This document shows positions 51,501 to 64,000 of a stretch of 64,000 nt of DNA, piece by piece. The stretch comes from Raillietiella orientalis. Lineage: Eukaryota. Location of the stretch: positions 248,001-312,000 of the forward strand of contig JAYWIR010000064.1 of NCBI GenBank assembly GCA_036172245.1, written 5' to 3'. How positions within the stretch are numbered: the first letter of the stretch is position 1; each line of letters begins with the position of its first letter. The position numbers and the translations under genes were made by a program. The notes below the pieces were generated by a model that saw nothing but the letters and a program-made list of their open reading frames with translations, did no database searches and was not told the DNA's origin.

Positions 51501-53199
51501 CTGCTTCTGCCCCTCACCCTTCAGCACCTTCACTTTCCAGTTTGGATCAGTCAAAGCACATCTTCGGTTCCCCCTCAAAGATATTATTATAGCAAATATT
51601 ATATTCCATTCTGGTTGTAATGCAAATGTACTCAGTTGAAAACTTCCTCGTTACATGCTATTTGTTGATCATTCATTTTAAATGAAACCAAATTAAATAC
51701 TGGTATGATTCGCAATATGCAGATGAATACTATGAAACAATAAAAAAGAAAAAAAAGTCCTTCTGATCAGATTTCCTTTGTGTCCTTCTTTCTTCTCAAG
51801 TTTTAACACCAGGTTCCATTGCTCATTCTTCTATTCGGATCCCACAGGATCTGCTGGGGCCGTGGGTTGTTTGTTCAATTCTGCAGGTAGAAAAAGCGGA
51901 AGTCCAGGGGACCGGAAGATGAAGCGGAAGAAGAAGAAGAGGAAGAAAACTTTTTGAATCTCATTTCGATTCCTTGGCGATCGGCCTTCGGAAGAATTCG
52001 CGCATTGACGCCGGGGTGACGAGTCGAAACTCTTCGTCGTGACGTCTCAGGTTTCTCCCTCAACGGAATGAGTGAGCTCTGGACCGTTGCCTGGAGATCT
52101 CCTTTATCCTCGCGGCGTGCATCCAACATCGAAAGGAAAGCAGAACGGAAACGACGCTTCGTCGCAGACTATCTCTACTGAAGGACGAATGGATTTCCAT
52201 CTGCATTCTAAGTGCCTGATCTCGGGTCATTCCCACTTGGAGCACACAGGGATCGCAGCATGCTGGAACACACGCAAGTCGCAAATGTGGATTACGAAGA
52301 GTTCTCGCTAGAAGCTTCTCTGGGCTGCAAAGATTTTATCATGCATCCTCTACAGTGGGACGGAGCATGAGCGAAAGATGCTGTCGTTTTCATAGAGAGT
52401 GGACCATGACGAAGTGCCAAGAGAGTTTGAACAGTTGACCCAAGCACGCCCCAAAACTGTTATTCAAAAGGTTATCGGTAGTGGTGCTGAGTATTACCCA
52501 TCGGAAGTCGGGATCTGATCCAAGAAACTACGGAAAACTCATTTGCCACACATTTTCAGTGATGATAATCCCAGGGTTCCTCTCCGGGAAGCAGACGTTC
52601 TCGTTGCAAACTTTTCCTATTTTCGGATCCATCGGCGGTCTCGAATAGAGAAAGAAGCTTTCTTGATGTCCTTTCTATGTAGGCGGAAAGAGCAGTGGGC
52701 ATGGCTGCTCTTTCCATTTTCTTTGGACCATCTTCTTTGCAAAAACGCAACAGGTGTGCAACGAAAGGGAGTGGGAAGTGCTTTGCTGAGGTTGGCCTCA
52801 TTTTAGAAGCGCTCCTCTTATCTCTTAGCACTCTATGAAAAAAGGGGCGGAATTCATCCCCAGGATATTCCCCATGACGCGCAGAGCACTGGTGAAAAAT
52901 CACCCGTTTCAAGAAATTGAGCTGGACCACTTTTCTGGTCGTCGATTCACGAGGCGGTGCAATTTGTGTTTCTCTCCGGGAGATTGAGGTGTTCTCCTGA
53001 AAGCATTCTCAGCATCATGTTCCCTTTGCCAGGTTCCCTTGAACAGAGTTTTCACGCGACGAAATTTCAGAACAGTTGATAGTTGAATTTCCCTTTTGGA
53101 AGCGGAAGATCAAATTCAGTAGCCGAATTACGGGAAATTGGGTTGCCTGGCAGGTTATGGAGCGCCTGCCTAGAAATTCTGAATCTATTAACTGAGCTG

Positions 53200-53520
53200 T
53201 CTTTCGTTGGCTTAAGATTTGAATCTCCAATTGCGTGAACATGGAGCCGAATGCCAAAAGAGCGAACCGTCGTTGGATCGTCTCCCCATGGGAAACTCAG
53301 GTAAAAGGAGTAGAAGGGAAAAGTTGCCAATGATTGACAACTCCATATCTGTTGCAATTAGGACATCTGAATAATTGCTCTTAGGGGGAAGAGATCCAGT
53401 GTACATTGCAGATCCAGGGTACATCACTTTCCTGGGACACACCTGGAGAGAATACACCTTTCCATGGCAACATTCGATGCTGTGCGTCTTCGACGAGCGT
53501 TCGGTGGATCTCGTGCTTTG
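53200..53520 (-). mobile_element. Possible LINE reverse-transcriptase core relic
   Basis: Minus strand LPWKGVFSPGVSQES resembles WxxVxSGVPQGS and is followed by NYSDV (YADD-like). Weak. Confidence 0.3.
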
Positions 53521-55506
53521 GGGGGAAAGAGACTGGATTTTGTTCTTTGTTTCGTTGCTTCTCGAAAAGGAGAAAAGCACTTAACGCAGCACATTGCTTC
53601 TTCGGAAACAACGCACGCGATTAGGCGTTCAGCGCCCGTTCTTCTAGGATTGAGCTACCGTGAATGGGCCGCTTTGCAAATAATGTTTTTCCAGCGGCTC
53701 CAGACCTGAAATTCATCCTACCTTCCATTCCATTCTAGGGCAACTAGAGCTTCATGATCTGCTCTACATCCTTCATTGTACACATTTTTTTTTTCTTTTT
53801 CCTTTGGATGCTTGATATGTACTGGATTTGTTGTCTTCTTGTGTCTCCTATATTTCGAACGGATACTTTTCTCTGGCTTCTCGGCAGTTCCGAAGCTCTG
53901 GTTCGTGGCCATGCACTGTGAATCTGTTCCGTCTAATTCGAGCCTTGGAGCTTGCGCTGTAAAGCAAAAGTATTAAGAGCACATTTAAGGGAATGATAAC
54001 TATCCCTTTATCACATCAATACGTATGATGGTGGTCTCATGTGAAAGAGACGATCCTGTCACTAGCTGGCATGAAGAAAACCTCACATTTCGAGGTGGTG
54101 ATGGCTTTCCTTGGGAGAATTGATTCGTGCTGAGATGAGGAAAGGAAATACGCAGAAGCACCTCGTCCAGTCTCTTCCCCCTCAACGACGAGCACGACAA
54201 AATCGGTTCACTGGCTGTCTCGCATTTTAATTTGATATTGCGAAAATTCTTTTTCCCCCTGGCTAAATCGCGTGTCTGGACCTATTTGTTGAAGCATCAC
54301 GAGTGAAGTCAAACACTACTTCTTCGAGATGTGTCTTTCCCGTACTGCAGGATCTGTAGATCGATTCGCAGGGTTGTCATTAACTCTGATGCCATCAGAC
54401 AAAAAAAAAAAAAAGACAAACTCGAAAAAACTGACTTTCCTGAATTCATCGATCTCATCGCCGTGCTCCACCATCTTTTATTTTGTATCCACGTCTTTTC
54501 GCTGTTGAATGTTATGTGTGCAAGGGAATATTTGTAGAGTCCTCTTTTTCAAACAACCAACAGCTGCATAACACGTTTCTATCGCAGAAGTAGAATTTCC
54601 AGCAAAGAGGCTCAATTGTCGATAAAAACACATCTCCTGAGATGCAACTCTTCCGAAGATTTCCAAGAGATAATCTTCTTCGAAAGGCTTTTCCCCTCTG
54701 TGCTTCAGCCTTTTTTCCTTTACTCCCATTTAACAACAAGACCAAAAATTCTTTCCGAGTGAAGGATGATGGAAGACTGACTTTTGAATCGATCCAGGCT
54801 GCTGAGAATCTCACCTTGTGACATGAAATGTGAGCTTCTTCCATTGGTTATTCTAAATAGAGCCTGTGGTTTAGGACGAAGAACTCTCCGATTTTCAGTT
54901 TTCGAATCCTAATTTTGAAAGGTGGTCCTAGAACCCAATTGGGCTTTCATCTCTCCCTTTCTTCACTCGGAAGGCGTCTTGACGAAAGCCGTTTTCAGAG
55001 TCCAGTAGAATTTGCAAACGGATTTCTCATCATTTGAGTTCCCATAGAAATGATCTAATTATGCGTCGTCTTCATCCAAGGAAGTAAAACTTCTGCTAAA
55101 GCGCACATTGCTCACTTTCTGTGGTCCGTTAAATATCAAGATCATCCGAACTTCCACAGCTCAAGAGTTAAAAAATGAATACCAGTGGTCTGTTGTGGTC
55201 ACGAGAGCACACCGTTCTCATTCCAGACCGAGGTCGTCTCAAACAGCTCCTTGTGAAAGGAAAGTTTTCGGAGATTCCGAATTAGGTAGCATCCCATTCG
55301 AATTCGCAAGTGAAAATTGTGCAATCAAGCGAGTTTTATTATTTGATTTTCTTATTTCCTTATTTAAAAACGAACATGAAATGAACCGGAAGATTAGTTT
55401 ACAGGAAATTGATAGAAATACGTAGCACATGAAGCCAGTGTTCTTATACCGTCTGGTCGAGAACTAGCCATGGATACTAAATATCATAAACTAGATCAAG
55501 TAAACT

Positions 55507-55944
55507 GGGACAAATGGGAGCCGAACTCCGGGTCCTTCCAGGAATCAAGGGGAGGGAGCTCCCCTCCGGTTGTGAAGAAACAGACCCCCCATTCCGGGAG
55601 GAACCTCTGCGTCGCACTGATGGAGTAGGTGTGTCGCCACCACTTCTCCAGAGAGCGCGAGCCAATCCCTTCGGGGAAGCTGCGTCCTTCTGAGTTTCGG
55701 AAGTGTCCCTTCTGGGTTCTCTTCAGAGAAGAAATAATGGAGCAGACCCCCCAGAGGGTCCTCCGGAGAGAATAAAGAAGGAGATTCCCCTTCGGAGACA
55801 ACCAGGGTGGAGGTGATCTCCATTTCCGGGGATCCCTCCCCAAGAGTGAGAGGAACGGACTCCGAGTCCTTCCTGGATTCATAGAGCGGATCCCTCCCGA
55901 GGTACCCCCTATCTTGAAGAATTACCCGCCCTCGGGTGGCATGG
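55507..55944. repeat. Unclassified GC-rich interspersed repeat, copy C (downstream of Syt7; same orientation as A, with an internal deletion)
   Basis: Colinear with 31343-31862 except that one internal block present in copy A (about 31570-31650) is missing. Confidence 0.9.
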
Positions 55945-58900
55945 AACCGTGTAGAAGAACTGCGAAGACAGAAAAGAAGGATTTTCCATCATCAAGGATT
56001 TCCATCATATCATAAACAAACATCTTTGCTTCTTCACAAAGTTTTAATTGATTACCTAGAAGCGAAAGGATGCCGTTATTACAGAAAATGGAAATGCACT
56101 TTCGAGTGGGAACTATAAGGGAACTGTCAGCATGCCGAAATCTTAGAAAATTGCTGTGAAAGGGAGTTTAACTTGTGCTAAGACTTACTTATGCTAATGC
56201 TTATGCTAAGACACACAGAGCTCTTCAACTTCATCATAGAGCCCTAGGAGAAACACAGACACTATTCAGCTTGAGTTCCACAAACGAGAATCAAAGATAA
56301 ATCTCTCTTCGTGAAAATCATGTAAAGATGATACCAGGGATTGAAAAACCTGAACTCAAGAAAAACGGGTAAAGGAAAATCAGAGTTTCAAGTGGATTAC
56401 CCATTCCAAATTCCGCATCATGTGTAAGGTCGAAACGACCGTGGGCGTTCAAAGGAGCTTTGAAAAAGAAAAAAAATCCAAAACCATTGATCGTGGATGT
56501 CACTTTGTGTGGATATTAAGGCACCCAACATGCGTGCTGTGCATTAGATATGGAACTTACGTGGATCCCAAGATAGCAAACATATCACTGTGATGAATCT
56601 TTTGAATAAGGAACCCACCCGTGGAAAGGCATTCAAGAACGTGTTCTTCCATTCTCAACAGAAACCACAAAATAAGCAGACAAAATGAACACAGAGTGCT
56701 TCCGAAATCCCTTTACCTGGAGAGCCAGAAATTTGAATGCGTCGACTTGAAAGCGTTGTATACACACATATATACCGTTTGTACACATTCCCTTGAAATC
56801 ACGTGCGCTTCACTTTTTACGCTATTGCAGTTGCATTCTTAAATGCTAGTCTTCGCGAATAGTCCGTGTCATTTCCTATTAGGGCTTACATTTTTTTTTT
56901 AAAAAAAAGGAAGAAGGAAACGCTTCTGTCCACCAAATGATAAACTCCAATTTAAAGGAGACAACAAAAAGTTGAAATTGGCACGCACCGCAGCAGCCCT
57001 GAAACTTTTTGCCCGCTTTCATCATATGTGAATTCCGAAAATTCTCAGACTCCCCAGTTTTCTGTGAAATGCAGGTTACCTTAATTCGAAGCAGATTAGA
57101 ACCACAGGAAAAGAAATGTGCAATGGGAATCCGGCTTGGAGGCTGTGCATGCATCAATGTACTCGGAAGAATCCGAATAACGGGACGAGGAATAAATAAA
57201 CATAAACTCCGTATAATGTAATCATTTGCGTCAGTCGGGAAATAAAAGCTTCAAGGAAGCTCCCAAAAAAAAAAGGGCGTGATACGCATTTCCAGAGACT
57301 GAGATGGAAATGTTCCTGATTCTCACTTCAATCTCAGGGCATCTCGGAGCTAAAATAATGGATGGAATTTGTGGAAATGGGCATACTTGGTAGCATTCAC
57401 GACTCAAACGATTTTCAGAAAAAAAAAATGCAAGTAATAAATGGGGGGAGGGGGGGGGAACGAGCTGGAAAGCAATTATTTTTTTCAGGGACAGGTTTCA
57501 GAAAACTTTCTTTTAAAACAGATTCCTTGGTTTCAGTTAAGGAGAACCTCAGTAAACAAAGGAGCATTATTCTGGCAAGAAGCTGATGATCAAGAAGAGA
57601 AGAATGAAAAAGAAGTGCTCGGGAAGCAGAAGTTGGGAAAAAAAAAAATGATACTGCTCAAATAAGCGAGCGAAAGGATTCCGGAAGTATCGATTCCAAA
57701 AATGCTCTCTTAAGTACCGATAAATTGCAAACGAAGAAAATCATTCGCAGGTGACGCAACTGAAAGAATGGTACTCGGAGGAATACTTCTTTAATGCTAG
57801 CTAAAATCTCAAGCTAAAATCGAAATTTTCAGATGAATAAGCGGTTCGTTTGGATTGCTTCGAATGAGGAAGCCCAGGTGTTCTCTTATCACCACTAGAA
57901 GACTGATTACCTCATGATTGGAATAGTACTATTGTGTTAATGCACCGCCTATGATTTACGACCTTATCGTATTGCATGCAACAGGCTGAAGAGAGAAGAA
58001 AAGGAAGAGAAGGAAAGAAAATAACAGAAACTAACAAATAGGAAACGAATAGCGAATTCCATGCAGCAGTTTTTGGATGTCCTGTGGTGCCTTCAGTTGG
58101 CGTAAATGAAGAACCCTACAGTTCACGGCTTGCGAGATTTGGAATGCATCACCATTGAGGATGGGTCTCTGTTTTTGATGGTGGAGTAGCCTCGAGTACT
58201 TTGAGAAGAATTAGGATCGAAGATTTGAACCTGTAGAAAACATGCTGGAAACTGAATCGTTGTGAAACGTTGCAATACATTCCGGTTGTTATTAGGTGGC
58301 AGCGACAGAAACAGTAGCGATTGAAATTTGTAGGAGGAACAATCGTAGTTGGCACAAAGAGGCGGTCGAAAACATCAAGTACCATGGGAAAAAGAATCTT
58401 CAAGTTATTGAAATCAAGATTTTTTGCACCCATTTCATGAGGCAGCACTGATGAGAAATCAAAGTGGAATTTCTTGCCAAAGAAAAAGTCACTTTAACGT
58501 TTTCTCCGGTGGTGTTGATATAAAACCCAAATGTCGCACAGTTGAGGAATCAACTTGACGAGTAAAGTTGAGGAAAGAGAAACTCGACTGTAGATACATT
58601 TGCCACCTTTCAGAAACTGGAAATGGACCTCGAAAAAACTACTTTGGACGTCGCCTCGGCTTCTATTTTGAATAAACACTTGTTCTGGGCTTCGTGATTA
58701 GGGCCACAAAGCAGGAGACTCACTGAATTTACGGAATGACTTATTGACTCACAAGATTGATGATTCCAAAGCTCTGATTCTAATTTGTCGGACTTTCCCC
58801 TTCATGCTTTATTCAAGAATACAAATTCAGTGAGGAGGCTGCAGTTGCCAGCATCCTGCGCCGTGAGAGCTGATTAACTCGAATCCGCCATTATGCATAA

Positions 58901-60919
58901 GGATTTCATTGTCCTGAAAGTAGAAACTGCATCAGATAGGCAGGCGGGACGGCAACAGCACAGGAAGCACAGGAAAGGAAAAACCGGAATCGAACACAAA
59001 GGATTCTCAATTTTGGGAAATGTGCATAGCATCAGTGATGTTTTTTCCAGATTCTTTTCCCCCTAAGCGATCCATCAAAACTTCTAGCGACCAGCAAGTT
59101 CGACCAGCCTGACTCACTAAACTCAGAAGTGCCAGAATTAAAAAACAAAAGAAACCATCGGAATGGAGTGTCCCTCCTGAGACAGAGAAACTTTAGCAGA
59201 TCCATCTTCAGCTAACGTAATGCAAGCATATGCATTGGTGTTGGTTGCCACACCGGCAATATTGGAAACTGAAGGTATGAAGATAAGAACTGTAAACGGT
59301 CCCACTTTTCTGCGATCACAGCTACAAAGTTCGTGTCACTTGCTCCACATCAGGGAAACAAATGATAAGGAACAGCCACAACTAAAATTCAGACAAAAGC
59401 AAAAAACTGATAGGTCATTCCGCAATAGGAACGGGAAAGGGAATTCCTCCTGTTATGGTGGTTTCCTCTGATTTTTATATTAAATGCACAGTTAAAAATC
59501 ATTTCTGTCATTTGAACGATCTTTGCTTCCTTGCTCCATTGCAAATCTCGTCTTCCTCATACTCGCCCTCCTTGGTAAAAGTCCTTCACAATACTGGACA
59601 TCCACCTTCTTTCATAATCATTGCTAATGCCTCGAGTATATCCACCTTAGGAATGCTGTTTTATAATCTAGAAAGTCGGTGGCTATTTTGTCAACTGCAT
59701 TTCTCCTTATGCTCCACTAATGGACTCATTCGGAATCCTGTTTTTATGATCGTAGCACTAAGGAACATTGCTCTTGTAACTTTCACTTGACCATTCATCA
59801 TGGCCTCTTCATTTTCAGCTGCAGTGTTAAGCAGGGAGAAAACTTTATAGAGTCTCCTATTCCAATTTTAAGCAATCTTTTCACATAGTACTGATCCCTA
59901 TTCGCGCTTTTGGAAGCAATCCCTAAAATCCTCGGCCTGCTTCTCCATTCTGGAGCGGCCCTTCAGAGTTAAGGATGAAAAGAGCTATATGTAGAATCAG
60001 TATAAGGAGTCACTATTTAAACATGCCAGTCAGCTTTCACTGAGAAAATGACACACTTCGAGATTAGGGATCAATAAATGACTCATGTTTCCAAATCCTG
60101 GATGATTTGGAGTCCATCGGAGCACCTCAACAGGATGCTTTGTCCGTTTGGGGGCACAGATGACTCGTGCTCGGTCTTCCCTCAGGAAAAATCAAATCAG
60201 CTAACCTGGTTTCCTGGTGGAAGATTTTTTGTAAAGGAAACCATTCCTCTGTATTCCTCCCTCACTCCACAATCAGACTTGTCTTTGCCAATGGTATCAA
60301 TGGTCAGCGTGAATTTCATGATGCCTCTTAGAGGGCAATACTTGTTATGCTGTCTGCAACCTCTCTCTCGTCTGGTCCGCTCTCATTATGCGGGTAATCC
60401 TTTGTGACGCAAATGAAAATATGAGGTGAAAATGAGATGGTTACAAAAGGTAATGAGTTAACGAAGGTGAAGGATCCATGGAATATGGAAAGTCATTATG
60501 AGTAAGAGCGGTTAGATGTGATGAGCTTCGTTTCGAGAATTATTCATCCGTAGAATTGTTTAAAGATGCAGTGAAAGGTGAACGAATACGAAAAGTTCCT
60601 TCCTGCAGAAGTTGGTCCCATGATAGATGAGTTGGGTTGCGTGGGTTTGGCTGGGATGATGATGTGCTTCATGGATTTCCGATGCAAGTTATTCATTGAT
60701 AGCTCTTAATCCCCGCATATTAAGTATCGCATCGGAATACACATGTAATCACCTAGCAAATATCAACACAGATACTTATCTGGATGCAATTTCACGGTAT
60801 TCATGATGTTTTTATGCAGTGCCTGTTGAATGGATAACAGCTAGAAACAAGCCATAGCGAAACAAAGATGAAATTCCCTGATGCATGCATAATGCGAATA
60901 TTCATCATCATTTGCATCA

Positions 60920-61330
60920 CTGATGCCTATTCTGTTATTTCCAGACAGCTGTCTGGAATAGAACGCCAACCGAAATCCACAGAAGCATGAGCCACTGACT
61001 GATGGGCTGCCAACACATGACGGTCGAAACTCTACCGATCACTTCCAGAAACCTTGATGCTGGACAACTTCTTTCAGTACTGACGAAGCTAGTTCATTGG
61101 CTGGAAAATCCCAGATGGACAGTGCCCACGAACTGTCTGCCAGATGCAGTGGAAACCAACAGCCTCCGCGACCATCTCAAGGTGGCGATAGAACGCTTAT
61201 GCGTTATCGTCCCCATCGCATCGAAAATCGTATACGCACCAAAAGATCGGTGACTAATGATAAATTGAAAGCACTCATTTCGGAAGATACGATCCATTAT
61301 ACGCCGAAGCAGCATTTCTGCTTACTTTGA
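60920..61330 (+). mobile_element. Decayed mariner transposase N-terminal (HTH) fragment
   Basis: YSVI..NRTPTEIHRSM and RPSQ...IENRIRTKRSVTNDKLKALISEDTIHYTPKQHF resemble the mariner motifs TPTEIHRRM and VxxxIxxDRRxTxxEL..ISxGTVHxILxxHL. Confidence 0.45.
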
Positions 61331-64000
61331 CATTATTATTAACAATCTTCCCATTTACGTGAATTGGCAACGTGGAAACTGTGAAGCTGCCTGAAGGGCG
61401 ATGCATAGATGTTTTCGTGTAACATCTTTCGTGGGATGTCGAGATTTCATCTGTCCGGGTCACAGGTAATCAAAGAAATACTTTCAAACGGAGTTTGGAT
61501 GAATTAATCCCAGACTTGACCAAGACCGACGACCGTAGGCAAGAAGGTAGTGGAACGCAACTGTGAAGGTCACGCAGGTTCAGCATCTGTAGATGGGTTC
61601 ACCATCTGATCGGAGTTCACGTAAGCTTGCCAGTGAGGAATCTGCATAAAAATAAATCGTTTGGTCTAGTTTTTCATTTTATGACCCGCCAACTGCATAT
61701 CACCTGCAGATGTTGAAGGAAAAACAGGGATTGTCATGGCATTAAGACATCAATTTGACACTTGTTACTGAAGAATTATTCTAGTAAGTGATTTATTTTT
61801 GGCACACCGTTGCAACCCAAGGAACAGGATTTTCACCTGCAGAAATGCTTACAGTTTCCTTGTATATTATCACCCATAAAAGTTTATGGCAAAATTTTAA
61901 TTAAAATGAAAATTCCATTCCATTCATGATAAATGTGGATGGATAAAATTTACAGCAAACAAAATATAGATCAATGTGATTAGCATGACTTGTTTTGTCT
62001 AAATCAGTTCCAACTCGTACACTTTCCATTGAATCCTACAAGCATTGTGTATCAAATAGATGCTGTGAACCTACTTATACAACAGTTTTTATAAATTGTT
62101 TCCCTTTGCATAGTAAAGGCCACTTATGAAGTGCTGCACATAATGTCATTTTTTTATTTAAGGCAATCATTTGTATACTGAGATTGAAAGTAGTGGCTGA
62201 TACTCTCATCTTGTATTCCCAAGGCTTGACTAAGTTTGCAAAAATCTGAGCTAGCTTCTCCAGTGGATCGTAAACAAAAACTAAGAACAAGAATGTGTGT
62301 GAAGAGTTGAAGTTCCTGGAAGGAACCACCTAAATTTCTGGTTAAAACACCTTGTGAAAGCAAACCTACCAAAGTCATATAAACCTGTTTTGTTAGCCTG
62401 GAGGATAGCTCTATTCCTTTTATGTTTGTTATTTTTGTTTTGATTTTCTAGAATCATGACTTTGGGGAAATCCAAATTTTTAATGCAGCAACTAAAATAA
62501 GAAATCATCAGCATGTCTTGTTCAAGCAAAAAATTAAAAGGAACTAATGGAGTTTCGAAAATGGAAGTTGAAAACTTCTAATGAAATTACATAAAAGTTG
62601 ACATGCATAAATACAACTTTAAAAATATGAATACAATACGCTATTCTGATATTACGTCCTTCCATTACAACACAACGTGGGTCACTTTGGTTAACAGTGC
62701 AAATATTCTCACTGAAATGCTTCTGCACATATGGATGTATGAGCACTTGAATCTCCTAAAAGGGACATTCAAAATGCATAAAGAGTAATTTAGCACTGAC
62801 TTCCTTGAGAGCATTAAATACTTCAGGCTCGAAGTCGGCCTGACTTTGATTCAACACACATCGGATTTCGATTAAGAGCAAACGTCTGTCACCAACCTAG
62901 AAGGATAAAGTTTCAGGTGATTTGACTGGAGCTTATCTTGACGCTTGACTTGATGCAAACTTGACGTTATTGACTTTTAAAAAAAAAAAAAAAAGTTATT
63001 GCAGTTATCTATATTTTCAAACTGTATTCCGTGGATCACCGACTTTTACCTTTAATTTCTCAAGTACAGACTTTGTTCTCCACATGCATACGCCAGCTTC
63101 CTACCAGCAACGCTCCTTTTCAAATGCGCCTCTTCGCGCCGCGCGCTCTTCATCAGAGGCGACCACTGATTGCGGAATTTCGGGTTTACCACATCACAAC
63201 TATTAAATCTTTGACGCCTCCAGGCATTGCACTTCAGATACAAGACTGGACAATCTTTAAGCCTCCCTCGAACTAATCTGCGTTTCAAAATTTGCGGACC
63301 GCGTGTCCAATAGCTTTTCATCAGTCTAATGAAAATTCTATCCCCCAAAAAAGGTTCCCTTCTATTCACCGCAGCCTTTGGCATTTTTTTCCGACACTGC
63401 TGAGCTTTCTGACACCGAATCTGAATAACCCTCTCTTCAAAAAGATGTGCATACGCTACTTATTTACCATCCAATTTTATTTACCATCCAAGGATACAAA
63501 GAAGGCGCATGCTCGTGATGGTTTTTCATAAGTCAAAGGTTGAAGGGATTTACCGCACCTTTCAACCGTGCCTTACATCTCCGTTAAGCTATAGGAGGAT
63601 ATTTCCATGAAAGGTTTACTTGGGGAACGAACCAAAAAAGAAAATCCATCCCTGTTTCCGATCCTGAAAACGCTGCTGACCTCACATTTACATTATAATG
63701 CGGTTTCGTGCCAACGCATGCAGAAAACTACTTAAGCATAGAAGGAGACGGTTTTTGTTTACTTTGCCAGTGATGAGAAACGCTGAAATTATAAGAGACC
63801 ATAGTGGCAAAAAGATGCTGAGCCATGATGCCCACGAACTGATTGATAACTTGGCAAATAAAAATGTTTTGTAGTGAGTCTAATTAGGACTTACAGTTTC
63901 GTGAACAGGGATCTCGAAAGTATTCTCTGACCTTCATTTATGTTTGCTGGCACTGTTTTCTTAAAAGCAACAACGAATTTTGCGTGCTAAATTTTACGAA

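Noticed and set aside
51013..51639. 208-aa + strand ORF
   Set aside because: It has no recognisable domain or convincing splice context and overlaps an RTE-like relic on the opposite strand.
49651..51744. AATAAA hexamers at 49651 and 51739 as Syt7 poly(A) signals
   Set aside because: Either is plausible, but the hexamer is common in this A-rich DNA and I cannot choose without 3'-end data.
7260..62995. Numerous poly(A)/poly(T) runs of 10-20 nt as retro-insertion tails
   Set aside because: I saw no shared upstream body or target-site duplications, so I treated them as mononucleotide microsatellites.
1..64000. CRISPR arrays, tRNA/rRNA genes, operons or prokaryotic defence systems
   Set aside because: I saw no regularly spaced direct repeats, structured RNA signatures or compact gene clusters. 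The window is spliceosomal-intron-containing animal DNA.

Overview
This is eukaryotic, intron-rich genomic DNA, almost certainly animal and most likely arthropod judging by the protein. It is dominated by one + strand gene, synaptotagmin-7 (Syt7), spanning about 41 kb. Seven clear coding exons lie at 5824-6068, 10603-10749, 17235-17382, 27962-28071, 29089-29257, 35138-35350 and 46412-46515. They encode an N-terminal TM helix, a linker and the C2A and C2B domains. All junctions from exon 2 onward are GT-AG and phase-consistent. The exon 1 to exon 2 junction is not, and needs either a candidate 49-nt micro-exon (6218-6266) or a weak upstream acceptor (exon start 10581). Introns and flanks are full of decayed transposons: a TIR-bounded mariner deletion derivative (11651-12365), other mariner-like relics, many RTE-like LINE 3' relics, a CR1/L2/Jockey-like LINE relic, and three copies of an unclassified GC-rich repeat. 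Two copies of that repeat flank the frame-symmetric exon 6 in inverted orientation. Nearly all ORFs in the supplied track are spurious. I saw no prokaryotic-type system, RNA gene or CRISPR array. The TE-relic calls rest on by-eye motif resemblance and need HMM confirmation.
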